Source: Planctomycetota bacterium
GTDB lineage: Bacteria > Planctomycetota > UBA8108 > SXIK01
Assembly: GCA_965223845.1 (NCBI GenBank)
Contig: CBDCXR010000004.1
Location: 1,632,001-1,696,000 of the forward strand
Length of the DNA: 64,000 bases
Reading direction: 5' to 3'
In this document: positions 31,090 through 40,580 of the stretch, piece by piece
How the letters are laid out: every line of letters starts with the position of its first letter
How positions within the stretch are numbered: position 1 is the first letter of the stretch
Notes under the pieces: model-generated
Database searches by the model: none
What the model was told of the DNA's origin: nothing
Seen by the model: the letters and a program-made list of their open reading frames with translations, nothing else
Program-made: the position numbers and the translations under genes

Positions 31090-32262
31090 ATGAAAACCGT
31101 GCGCGTCGGTGGCGTCACCGAGAAGATCATCGAGCGGAAGGACATGCCCGCCGCCAAGCTGAAGCGAATCCTCGGGAAGGAAACCGTCGCGGTCATCGGA
31201 TACGGCGTTCAGGGCCGGGGTCAGTCGCTCAATATGCGCGACAACGGGGTCAAGGTGATCATCGGCGTGCGGAAGGGCGAGAGCTGGAAGCTGGCGCAGC
31301 AGGATGGCTGGAAGCCGGGGAAGACCCTGTTCGAGATCCCCGAGGCCGTGCAGCGCGGAACGGTTGTTCAGTACCTTCTCAGCGACGCCGGGCAGAAGGC
31401 GGCGTGGCCCACCGTCCGGGACAACCTGCAGGAAGGCGCGGCGCTCTACTTCTCGCACGGCTTCTCGGTCGTCTACCGAAAGCAGACCGGTGTCGTCCCG
31501 CCGAAGAACGTCGACGTCATTCTCGTCGCACCGAAGGGCTCGGGAACCACCGTACGTCGACTGTTCCTCGAAGGCCGCGGAATCAACTCGAGCTTCGCGG
31601 TCCACCAGGACTTCACCGGACGCGCGCGCGATCGCGCGATCGCGCTCGGTATCGCGATCGGTTCGGGTTTCCTCTTCGAGACTTCGTTCGAGAATGAGGT
31701 CTACAGCGACCTCACCGGCGAACGCGGCGTCCTGATGGGAGCCATCTACGGCTTGTGGCTCGCGCAGTACGAAGTCCTCCGCGAGCAGGGGCACAGTCCG
31801 TCCGAGGCGTTCAATGAGACGGTGGAGGAGGCGACGCAGAGTCTCTATCCGCTCATCGGCGAGAACGGAATGGACTGGATGTACGCCAACTGCAGCACGA
31901 CGGCTCAGCGGGGGGCGCTCGACTGGTTCGAGGAGTTCCGCAAATCGTCGAAGCCGGTCTTCAAGCGGCTTTACCGCGAAGTGAAGAACGGCAACGAGAC
32001 GAAACGCACGCTCGAGGCGAACTCGAAGAAGACCTACCGGAAGGACCTAGCCAAGGAGCTGAAGGAAGTCCGCGAGACCGAGATGTGGAAGATCGGGTCG
32101 GTTCTTCGTGAGCTCCGGCCGGAGCGGCAGGCCGACGCGAATGGCACCGGCGGAAAAAAGAAGAAATCTACGCGCAAGACGAAGAAGAAGACAGCGACGA
32201 AGAAGGTCGCGCGAAAGAAGACGGCGAAGAAGAAGGTAGGGGCTCGCCGGTCAAAGCGCTGA
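31090..32262 (+). CDS. ilvC: Ketol-acid reductoisomerase (Ilv5-like subtype) with Lys-rich tail
   Basis: VIGYGVQGRGQSLNMRDNG, YLLSDAGQ, FSHGF, VAPKGSG, SDLTGERGVLMG, HSPSEAFNETVEE, ANCSTTAQRGALDW. Confidence 0.95.
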   Translation: MKTVRVGGVTEKIIERKDMPAAKLKRILGKETVAVIGYGVQGRGQSLNMRDNGVKVIIGVRKGESWKLAQQDGWKPGKTLFEIPEAVQRGTVVQYLLSDAGQKAAWPTVRDNLQEGAALYFSHGFSVVYRKQTGVVPPKNVDVILVAPKGSGTTVRRLFLEGRGINSSFAVHQDFTGRARDRAIALGIAIGSGFLFETSFENEVYSDLTGERGVLMGAIYGLWLAQYEVLREQGHSPSEAFNETVEEATQSLYPLIGENGMDWMYANCSTTAQRGALDWFEEFRKSSKPVFKRLYREVKNGNETKRTLEANSKKTYRKDLAKELKEVRETEMWKIGSVLRELRPERQADANGTGGKKKKSTRKTKKKTATKKVARKKTAKKKVGARRSKR

Positions 32263-32309
32263 AGATCCGCGCGGCGCCGCCGAACACCGAGCCCGCCGTT
32301 TTCAGTGCC

Positions 32310-34616
32310 TCAGCTCTTCCCCGTGAGGTCCCCTGATCCGTCGTCGTGCCCATCGTCGATCGGGCTCGTGCTCCGTGCGGTCGCTCCCTGCCGCCCCCCG
32401 AGGAACCGCTCGATGATCGGCGGCAAGAGGAACAGATCACCGACGAGAGCGGTGACGACGATGGTGGTCAGAATGATGCCGACGTCGAACATCGACCGGA
32501 AGCTCGTCGCGAGATAGCAGAGCGCGCCGGCGGTGAGGAGAGCGGACGTAAGAACGATGACTCGCCCGGTCGTGCGGAGCGTCCGGGCGAGGGCGTCGCG
32601 GACGGACCCGTTTGGATCTCGTTTTCTCTCTTCGCGAAATCGAGTGAGGAAGTGGATCGTATCGTCGACGGCCAGACCGAGCCCGAGGCTGTAGATCATC
32701 ACGATTCCGACGCGGAGCGGAATCCCGAGCCAGCCGGTCAGGCCGAACGCCATTAGGAGCGGGAACACGTTCGGTAGCATCGAGAGAAGGCCGACGCGGA
32801 GCGATCGATAGATGAGGGCACTGAAGAGTGTGATCGCGATGAGCGAGAGGACGAAGCTTCGGACCATCGTCGTCACCACGAGCTCGGCGCTCTCGAACGC
32901 GACGAGAAGCGTGCCGGTCGGTTCGGCGCGAACGTTCGGGGGGAGATCGGCGATGGCGAGCTCGAGCTCTTCCTTCACCTTCGTGAGAGTGCGCGTGCCG
33001 AGATCCCGAGTCCGGAACTCGATGCGGCCGATCGTGAAGTCCTCGTCCACGACGTGGTGCGGGAACGCCCCGCTGATGGAGTCGAGGGAAGTGACGGCGC
33101 TTTCGATGTCCTCCGCGTCGAGCGGCCCGGTGGCGCCGAGAATCTCGTAGATCCAATCCGTGTACGACTCGGCCACGGTGATCCCTCCGCGACCGACGAA
33201 CGCGGTCTGGAGTCGGTCGATCGCCGCCACGACCTCGGGCGCGAGAAGCTCGCCTTCGATCCGCACCTCGAGCGGGAGGATCCCACCGAAGTTCTCCTCG
33301 AACCACTGAAGGTCGTGAACCGCGCTATGGTCGTCGGGGAGCTCTTCGAGCCAGCGCGAATCGACTCGCAACATCAGCACCCCCGAGAACGCGAGTGCCG
33401 TGAGCACGAGTCCGAGCGTCAGCGTCGGCCAAAATCGGCCAATGCCTACGCTTGTCACCCAGCGCAGCCCTTCGCGGCTCGGGCGTCGAGCGGGCCAAAG
33501 AGCGAGGAGGACGGGCAGGAGAACGATCACCGTCCCGAACGTGACGAACACCGCGATCGCAGCGCGCACGGCGAACTCTCGCACCGCCGGGTGGTCACCG
33601 GCGATCAGCGAGAAGAATCCGACACCCGTCGTGAACGACGTGTAGAAGCACGCGAGTCCCACGCGTTCGGTCATCCGAAGGATCGCCTCGTTCCAGTCGT
33701 CGCCGGCGCGTAAGGCTTCTTCGAAACGCTGGAACATGTGAGCGCTGTCGCAGAGCCCGAGAATCACGATGAGGCCCGGGACAGCCGTTCCGAGGAGCGT
33801 GATCGGCCAGTCGAAAAGCACCATCAGACCGAGATTGAAGATCACGGCGGCGAGCGTCGCGACGAGTGGGATGAGACTCCCACGCAGGCTGCGAAAGAGA
33901 AACGGCAGGAGAAGGCCGAGCACGATGGACTCGAGGACGACGGTCTGCGTGGTGTCGTGCACGATGAAATCGCGCATCGCGCCCTCGACGAAGTCGGGAC
34001 CGACGAAGTGAGGAGCCGCCTCTGCGCCGCAGATCCGCGTGACGAGCTCCGTAAAGCGCGCGCGGACGGTTTCGTGGGCGACTCGCGTGTTGAACGTGAC
34101 CGTGGCTCCGCGCCCGTCGAGCGAGATCAGTCGGCCGACGAGGAGTCGATGCTCGAGCGCGACGTCGAGGGCAGTTCCGTCTCCTACGAGCTCGGGAAAC
34201 GGATGGAGCTCGGGAAACGGACGACGGGTGTCGAGCGTTTGGAGCCGAGCGAGCGACATCGCGTCGGCGTAGCCGAGTTCCGTCTCGACCGCGGTGGTGA
34301 GCGCCTCTAGGTCCTGCAGCTCGGCGGCACGAATGCGCCGAGGCCATTCGACGCTCGCGATGACGCGGCGATCCTGGACTTCGATCTCTTCGTAGAGTTC
34401 GGCCGTGCGACGGAGTCCTTCCTCGTCGGCGCGGAGGATCGGATCGAGCGAGAGGTCGAGCTCGACGTGTCGCAGATTCCAGGCGCACGTCGCGACGAGC
34501 GCGAGCGCGGCGAGGCCGACGGGGATCCGCCAACGAATGAGGAAGGATGCGAAGCGCCGGATCACGGCAAACGCGCGAGCGAGGTTCGCGCGACCGAGGG
34601 GGGGGAGAGGATCCAC
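32310..34616 (-). CDS. MMPL/RND family transporter
   Basis: Two repeats of TM + large loop + multi-TM; GLAVDDTIHFLTRF, CFYTSFTTGVGFFSL. Confidence 0.9.
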   Translation of the reverse strand: MDPLPPLGRANLARAFAVIRRFASFLIRWRIPVGLAALALVATCAWNLRHVELDLSLDPILRADEEGLRRTAELYEEIEVQDRRVIASVEWPRRIRAAELQDLEALTTAVETELGYADAMSLARLQTLDTRRPFPELHPFPELVGDGTALDVALEHRLLVGRLISLDGRGATVTFNTRVAHETVRARFTELVTRICGAEAAPHFVGPDFVEGAMRDFIVHDTTQTVVLESIVLGLLLPFLFRSLRGSLIPLVATLAAVIFNLGLMVLFDWPITLLGTAVPGLIVILGLCDSAHMFQRFEEALRAGDDWNEAILRMTERVGLACFYTSFTTGVGFFSLIAGDHPAVREFAVRAAIAVFVTFGTVIVLLPVLLALWPARRPSREGLRWVTSVGIGRFWPTLTLGLVLTALAFSGVLMLRVDSRWLEELPDDHSAVHDLQWFEENFGGILPLEVRIEGELLAPEVVAAIDRLQTAFVGRGGITVAESYTDWIYEILGATGPLDAEDIESAVTSLDSISGAFPHHVVDEDFTIGRIEFRTRDLGTRTLTKVKEELELAIADLPPNVRAEPTGTLLVAFESAELVVTTMVRSFVLSLIAITLFSALIYRSLRVGLLSMLPNVFPLLMAFGLTGWLGIPLRVGIVMIYSLGLGLAVDDTIHFLTRFREERKRDPNGSVRDALARTLRTTGRVIVLTSALLTAGALCYLATSFRSMFDVGIILTTIVVTALVGDLFLLPPIIERFLGGRQGATARSTSPIDDGHDDGSGDLTGKS

Positions 34617-34721
34617 CGTGCGCCGCTCAGTCCGCGACGCGTCGCGTCAGTCTCGATTCGGTGACTCTCCGCGTCAAGCGCATCCCTCTCGCGGTGGGCG
34701 CGACGATCGGTCGCACGCGGA

Positions 34722-36920
34722 CTACCCGTCCTGGGCCGGCCCTCCCACGGTCGTTTCGTAGCGAACCCCTTCGGGTACGGGCACCGGAACGCGTACGGTG
34801 ATCCCGTGATCGCCTTCCGTCCGGCGCGAGCCGTCGACGGCGACGAACGAGGTGAAGGCCGAGATCAGGTTGAATTCGAGCGCGAGGCGGGTCGCATCGC
34901 CGGTGATCGACCGAGACCCCTCGGCGAGGGCGCGGGTCATGAGGGTCGCGAGCTTCCCGCGAGCCCAGACGCTAGGGATGGCCGGGTGAGATCCGACGGT
35001 GTCGGCAGCGACCCGAAACGGGAGCACGATCTCGGTGTCTCCCGATATCCCGCGCAATCGAATCGTTCCTGTTTCGCCGCGAAAGCGCCCCGTAACGAGG
35101 AGAGGGCGGCCGACAAAGACGTCGCGGAGACGGCCGGGCTGCACTTCCGTGAGCTCGAGTCCGTCGGCCTCGAGAGCGAGGTCGAGGAGGGCGGGGTAGC
35201 GGACGCGCTCGTAGAACCTTTCGACCGCTTTCACCGGACTGTCGTCGAGTCCGACGTAGGCGACCGCCCCGCGGCCGATCGAGGCGAGATTTCCGAGGAG
35301 ATAGCGGTTGACGGACGATCCGACTCCAAATGAGAAGATCCGCGTCCTCCCGATGGAGCGGTGGACCTCGGCGAGGATCTCCGCCTCGTTCCCGATGTAG
35401 CCGTCGGTCAGGAACGAGACCAGTCGGTGTCGTTCGGGATCGACCGGAAAGCCGAGCGCGGCGCGAATCCCTTCGATCATCATCGTTCCACCATCGGCTT
35501 CGAGCGATCGGACGTAATCGATGCCGCGGCGGATGTTCGTCGGTGTTGCCGCAATCGGCTCCGGGCCGAGGGTGGTCGCCCCGAGAGAGAAGCGGATGAC
35601 CTGAAACGTGTCGCTCGGACCGAGGAGCTTGAGCGCGTGAACGACGGCGCGCTTCGCTCTCTCTATGGGGAGTCCGCTCATGCTCCCCGAACAGTCGAGA
35701 ACGAACACCATCTCCATCGGCGCGCGCGGAAGTGACGTGACGCTGCGCGGCGCGTAGGCCATCAGCGAGAAGAACCCGCCTCGCTCGTCGCGGTGAACGA
35801 GTAGATTGGCTTTCAGTCGTTCGCCGACGACGCGGTAACGGAGGACGAAGTCCCGGTTGGGAATTCGATCGGACGGGTTGAGCTCGACGACGGCCCGACT
35901 CGAGCTCGGACGAGTGACGCTCACCGCGTGCGTAGTCGATTCCAGCGCTTCGATTTGGACGCCGGCGTCGAGCTCGACTCGGAGCGAGATGTCGTGCCCG
36001 CTCCGCTCGTCGGGGCTCAGGTACGAGACCGTGGTCGCCTGGCCGCTCGGACCGGTGTGCGTGCGCGGAACGGCCGCTACTCCATCGGACGAGCACGGCG
36101 GATTGAATCGGGGGCCGATCACCATCGGAAAGACGAACTCGTACGAATCGTCGCGGTAGGGGAGCGTGTGGAAGTAAGTGATATCGACCGAGATCTCCTT
36201 TCCCGGTTCGATGTTCGCAACGAGTTGCCTAAAGATGTTCGGACGCTCCTGCGAGAGGAGCGTCGCGGTGTGCCCTCGAGCGCGGGCGGCGTCGTAGATC
36301 CTCTTCGCCTCCTCGCGTTTTCGAATGATCCCTCGAATCCGGCGCTCCCCGATCACCATCACGAAATCGTTCACCGCCGCATCGGTCGGCAGAGGAAAGA
36401 GGTACTCTGCTTCGATCTTGGTGTCGAAGGGGTTGCGAAACCGTTGCTCGACCTCGACGGACGCTACGTACCCGCTCACCTTCGCTTGGACGTCCGTGTG
36501 CTCGAGCGGAATCGGAACAAGCCGAGGGGCTCGCTCCGTTCGAGCGACGAGAGCTCCACATCCGGGTGGATGGCGGAGGAGATCGAGGTCATGCGCTCGG
36601 TCGGTCCCTCGGCTTCCGGGCGGGCCTGAGCGCTCCGTCTCGGATTCTGCACCTGAGGTTACGTCTTTCGGTAGATCCAGGAAGCCGCGAGAACGATTCC
36701 CGTCGCCTGAGAACTCGAAGCGTTCAAACCCTAGGACCGGCGGCGAACTCGCTGAACCGTCGAGCTGCGCCTCCCGTGCGACGATGAGGTACTCGTCGAA
36801 GTCGGCGTAACCGCTGTCGGGGCTGAGTACGGCCGGCTCGCGAGCGACGTTGCTGCACGCGACAACGAGCGCCGTGACGGCGACGGCGATTCCGAAGGTC
36901 CACGGTACGGTGCGCATCAT
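34722..36920 (-). CDS. VIT + von Willebrand factor A domain lipoprotein
   Basis: Lipobox LVVAC; VIT (PLEHTDVQAKV...QRFRNPF...EAEYLFPLP...NIEPG); MIDAS VLDCSGSM, GGT, LTDG; C-terminal SAFTSFVAVD. Confidence 0.92.
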   Translation of the reverse strand: MMRTVPWTFGIAVAVTALVVACSNVAREPAVLSPDSGYADFDEYLIVAREAQLDGSASSPPVLGFERFEFSGDGNRSRGFLDLPKDVTSGAESETERSGPPGSRGTDRAHDLDLLRHPPGCGALVARTERAPRLVPIPLEHTDVQAKVSGYVASVEVEQRFRNPFDTKIEAEYLFPLPTDAAVNDFVMVIGERRIRGIIRKREEAKRIYDAARARGHTATLLSQERPNIFRQLVANIEPGKEISVDITYFHTLPYRDDSYEFVFPMVIGPRFNPPCSSDGVAAVPRTHTGPSGQATTVSYLSPDERSGHDISLRVELDAGVQIEALESTTHAVSVTRPSSSRAVVELNPSDRIPNRDFVLRYRVVGERLKANLLVHRDERGGFFSLMAYAPRSVTSLPRAPMEMVFVLDCSGSMSGLPIERAKRAVVHALKLLGPSDTFQVIRFSLGATTLGPEPIAATPTNIRRGIDYVRSLEADGGTMMIEGIRAALGFPVDPERHRLVSFLTDGYIGNEAEILAEVHRSIGRTRIFSFGVGSSVNRYLLGNLASIGRGAVAYVGLDDSPVKAVERFYERVRYPALLDLALEADGLELTEVQPGRLRDVFVGRPLLVTGRFRGETGTIRLRGISGDTEIVLPFRVAADTVGSHPAIPSVWARGKLATLMTRALAEGSRSITGDATRLALEFNLISAFTSFVAVDGSRRTEGDHGITVRVPVPVPEGVRYETTVGGPAQDG

Positions 36921-37477
36921 TCTTTCGGCTCCTGAGCAGCGCGTTGGCTTGTTTCTTCGGCCGGTGGGGCAGTTCGAGAAGGATTCGTCGAGAAGACCCT
37001 AGCCCCGACGCGATTTCCGTTCGCATCCGAGGCTGTGATCAGAGTCGTTACGAGCTCGAGCTCTCCGTCGCTCTCGACCATCCAATGAAGAGTGGCGACG
37101 TGCGTAGAACGAACCGGAAGGTCCTCCGCGAGCGAATAGGCCGCGACGATGGCGCGTCCGCTCCGGAGCGCTTCGGGATCGTAGTAGGGTGGCTGCGAAA
37201 ACGCGGGGTGCGTGCCTCCTTCGATCCCGACGAGGGTGGCGCTCTCCGAGGGATCGAGGACGGAGAACTGATAGGCCGCGAGCGCGCTTCCCTGCGGATC
37301 GACGTGCACGGTGCGCGTTTCGAACCGCACCGCCCGTTTCGGGGCTTCTTGGCCGATCGTCGTCGCGAGCTGCGCGAACGCGAGCACTCCGACCACCGCC
37401 ACCGTTCGTCGCAGCTCTCCCCGGAGCGAATCCCGGTGAACTCTCGAAGTCGTACGCCCGTTTGTCATCTTGATCAC
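36917..37477 (-). CDS. Small secreted cohesin-like beta-sandwich protein
   Basis: GTGA and ATGA overlaps with both neighbours; signal-like segment; pattern VHVD..LAAYQF..LVGIEGG..GRAIVAAYS..VATLHW..ASDANG; the CDS is more certain than the cohesin call. Confidence 0.65.
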   Translation of the reverse strand: MIKMTNGRTTSRVHRDSLRGELRRTVAVVGVLAFAQLATTIGQEAPKRAVRFETRTVHVDPQGSALAAYQFSVLDPSESATLVGIEGGTHPAFSQPPYYDPEALRSGRAIVAAYSLAEDLPVRSTHVATLHWMVESDGELELVTTLITASDANGNRVGARVFSTNPSRTAPPAEETSQRAAQEPKE

Positions 37478-37929
37478 CGAAGCTGTACCGCGAGGGCGGC
37501 GACGCGGTCGACGTCGCCTTGATCCACGTCGCCGTCACGGTCGAGATCGAGGGCGCTCGGCGCGCGCCCCGCCTCCACGGCTCGCGCGAGAAGGAGAGCA
37601 TCGACAATGTCGACGCGGCCGCTTCTGTCCACGTCCGGTCCGGTCGCCGCGTCGATCGATACCGAGGCGGGAGCCCGCCCGTCACGGCCCCCGGGAGCGA
37701 AAGAGAGCACCGAGGCGAACGCGATCGCGGCCGCCGCGGCCGACACGCGGATGAGAATTCTCCGCCGACGGATCCGACCGAGCCGGAGCCTACCGAACGC
37801 GATCACCGCGTCGTCGACGTCCCCCGGGATCTCGATGCGAGAGCCGACCGACTGTCGTAAGTCCCGACGAAACTGCTCGTTGGGGTCTCTCTGGGGCGCG
37901 TTGTCCGCGTCGGATTCCGCTTTGCTCAT
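37474..37929 (-). CDS. Putative anti-sigma factor with external dockerin domain
   Basis: Follows the ECF sigma gene; short cytoplasmic helix, RRRR, one TM, then duplicated Ca-loop/helix DVDRSGRVDIVDALLLARAV and DLDRDGDVDQGDVDRVAALAV. Confidence 0.75.
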   Translation of the reverse strand: MSKAESDADNAPQRDPNEQFRRDLRQSVGSRIEIPGDVDDAVIAFGRLRLGRIRRRRILIRVSAAAAAIAFASVLSFAPGGRDGRAPASVSIDAATGPDVDRSGRVDIVDALLLARAVEAGRAPSALDLDRDGDVDQGDVDRVAALAVQLR

Positions 37930-37992
37930 GCAAATGAAGCGCACCGGCGGACGAAAAGGTTCATGGATTCTGACGGTCGAGCGAATGGCACC

Positions 37993-38553
37993 TCAATCGA
38001 AGAAGTACCGCCGCGTCCGCGGATCCTCGCGCAGCCGCTTGAGGGCGTGGTGGATTCGCGACTTGACCGTTCCGATCGGAACGTCGAGTGCAGAGGAGAT
38101 CTCCTCGAGAGTAAAGTCTTCCGCAAATCGTAGGTGGATGACTTCGGCCTGCTCCTTCGGAAGCAGCGCGAGCACCGCAGTGAGAGGGGCGTCGACGTGT
38201 CGTCCGGGCGGCGCGACCGAGTGATCGGGAACGGCCTCCGCCGCATCGGGTTCGGCCGTGAGTCGCGCCCTTCGCCGCACGGTGCTCAGGGACGTATTGC
38301 GAACGACGGGATAGAGAAACGTCGTCATCTTCGCGGTGAGCTCGAAGCCCGGAAACTTCCCGAGCACGTAGCGAAACACGTCTTGAAGTGCGTCGAGCGC
38401 GTCTTCGCGGTGCCCGGTGAATCGGAACGCGAGATCGACGACCCACCGGCGGTAGCGCAGGTAGAGAATCCGGAATGCCTCGTCGTCGCCATCGTTGATA
38501 CGCGCGATGAGCTCCTTGTCGGAAAGTCCGTCGAGTGGCGCGCCTCGTCTCAT
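37993..38553 (-). CDS. ECF RNA polymerase sigma factor
   Basis: SDKELIARINDGDDEAFRILY, DALDALQDVF (region 2), LEEISSALDVPIGTVKSRIHHALKRLR (region 4). Confidence 0.93.
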   Translation of the reverse strand: MRRGAPLDGLSDKELIARINDGDDEAFRILYLRYRRWVVDLAFRFTGHREDALDALQDVFRYVLGKFPGFELTAKMTTFLYPVVRNTSLSTVRRRARLTAEPDAAEAVPDHSVAPPGRHVDAPLTAVLALLPKEQAEVIHLRFAEDFTLEEISSALDVPIGTVKSRIHHALKRLREDPRTRRYFFD

Positions 38554-38624
38554 GTCGGGATCATGACGAGTGGGCGAGGCGGCTGCAACGCCTTCGATCT
38601 CGTCGACCCGAAGCGCGAGAAGGC

Positions 38625-40358
38625 TTAACGACCGAGCGCGCTTCCGGATCCACGCTCCAGCCGGTGGTAGCGACCGAGCGGCAGGCCGCGAAACTCTTCG
38701 CGCATCCCGTCGGGCCACCGAACGCGAAGCCACTCGAACTCTCCGGTCGCACCGAGCCCGATGACTCGGCGGTGGTCGTTCACCGCGAGGTAGCTCGCCG
38801 CCGTTCTCAGTTCGAGGGGAATGGGCGATCGGCGAGTCGAGATCTTGACGTCGATTCGAGCTCCGTACGCGTCTCGATTGGACGGTCCTCCGCCGACGAA
38901 CTCGAAGCCGATCCATCGGCTCTTCGGAGCACTGCGATTCTCGAGGAGGACGCTCGGTGAATCATTGTTGACGACGAAGATGTCCGTGTCGCCGTCGTTG
39001 TCGTAGTCGGCGAAGGCCGCACCACGACCGACGGTTCGTCGCTGGAACCACGATCCGGAGGTGGCGGACACATCGCTGAACTTACCGCGACCATCGTTGG
39101 TGAAGAGTTGATCCGGCTGCCGGTAACGCATTCGCGTGCCGGGATGGAGCTTCTCGACATTGTCGAGGATATGTCCGCGTGCGACGTAGAGATCGAGGTC
39201 GCCATCGAGATCGTAGTCGAAGAGCTTGACGCCGAATCCGAGGGGAATGAACGTCGGCTCGGAGAGACCCGAGCGCGGAGTTCCGTCGTCGAAGAATCCG
39301 TCTCCTTCGTTCAGGTAGAGCGTGTCCGTTTCCTCCGAGAAATTCGTGACGACGTAGTCGATGCGTCCGTCACCGTCGACATCGCCGCCGTCGATTCCCA
39401 TGCATGCTTCTGCGCGCGCACGTGCGTCGAGCGCGACGCCGGCCTCGAGCGCGGCGTCCTCGAAGCGCCTTCGACCCAGGTTTCTCCAGAGAAAGTTCGG
39501 CACGGAGTCGTTCGCGACAAAAACGTCGATCCTCCCGTCCTCATTGAAATCGGTCGGAAGTACGCCGAGTCCTTTAGAGAGAATGCGCCCGCGAACTCCC
39601 ACTCGCGCGAGCTTCGTAATGTCCTCGAACTTTCCGCCCCCTCGGTTCAGGTAGAGGGCGTCCGGAGCGCCGTCGAACTTGTTGGGGTGACAGTACGCCG
39701 GGAGATTCGCTTTGTTGCCAGTGCAGGCTTTGTGCACGCTCGGGTCGTAGAAGAGATAGTTCGCGACGTAGAGATCGAGCAGGCCGTCGCCATCGACGTC
39801 GAGAAAGCACGCGCTCGCGCTCCAGAGATTCCCCGCGGTTCCGGAGGTCGCGCTGGCGTCCCGGAACGTCCCGTCGCCCTGGTTTTCGTAGAGGACATTC
39901 GGTCCGCAGTTCGTCACGTAGAGGTCGGTGTCGCCGTCATTGTCGAAGTCTCCGGCGGCGACGCCGCTGCCGTAGCGACGGTCTCCGACCCCCGCTTTCG
40001 CGGTGACGTCGACAAACTTGCCGTTCCCCAAGTTGCGAAACAGGCGGTTGCCGACCTGGCCGCGCGCGAACGACTTCGCCGAATCGTCGTGCCCCTGCAC
40101 GAGGTAGAGATCGAGGAGCCCGTCGCCGTCATAGTCGAACCAGCCGCACCCGCCGATCATGCTCTCGACGAGATGCTTGAGACCCTTTTCGGCACCGGTT
40201 CGGAGGCGAAAGTCGATTCCGGCTTCTCGGGTCCGCTCGACGAAGACATCGGCGGCCGAGCCCGCGACCGGAGAGAAACTCGCCGCGAAGGCGAGGGCGA
40301 CGACGAGCGCGCCAGCGGCTCGGCGCGGAGAAGTCAAGAACGGGTGAGAATCGATCAC
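38625..40358 (-). CDS. CRTAC1/ASPIC-UnbV family protein with FG-GAP repeats (start approximate)
   Basis: DYDGDGLLDLY, GDFDNDGDTDLYVTN, GRGAAFADYDNDGDTDIFV; C-terminal NRDAYGARI...SYL...IGLG...VRWPDG. Confidence 0.9.
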   Translation of the reverse strand: MIDSHPFLTSPRRAAGALVVALAFAASFSPVAGSAADVFVERTREAGIDFRLRTGAEKGLKHLVESMIGGCGWFDYDGDGLLDLYLVQGHDDSAKSFARGQVGNRLFRNLGNGKFVDVTAKAGVGDRRYGSGVAAGDFDNDGDTDLYVTNCGPNVLYENQGDGTFRDASATSGTAGNLWSASACFLDVDGDGLLDLYVANYLFYDPSVHKACTGNKANLPAYCHPNKFDGAPDALYLNRGGGKFEDITKLARVGVRGRILSKGLGVLPTDFNEDGRIDVFVANDSVPNFLWRNLGRRRFEDAALEAGVALDARARAEACMGIDGGDVDGDGRIDYVVTNFSEETDTLYLNEGDGFFDDGTPRSGLSEPTFIPLGFGVKLFDYDLDGDLDLYVARGHILDNVEKLHPGTRMRYRQPDQLFTNDGRGKFSDVSATSGSWFQRRTVGRGAAFADYDNDGDTDIFVVNNDSPSVLLENRSAPKSRWIGFEFVGGGPSNRDAYGARIDVKISTRRSPIPLELRTAASYLAVNDHRRVIGLGATGEFEWLRVRWPDGMREEFRGLPLGRYHRLERGSGSALGR

Positions 40359-40580
40359 GACGCGATGGGGGTGAGGGTCAGGTTTGGGGCCAGTCCGTCT
40401 GCAGCGCTCGCTCGGAGGCGGCATCCGCGACCTTCGCTCCCCGCCTTTATACCACGGGCTGCCGCTCTTGATCCGTCGTTGCCGGTGCATCTTCCGCGAG
40501 ATACGATGGCGGGCTCGATCGCCGAAGCGTCGCAAGCGCGCGTCGATTCTCCAGAGGACTACATCGCGGGAGATCGCAGG

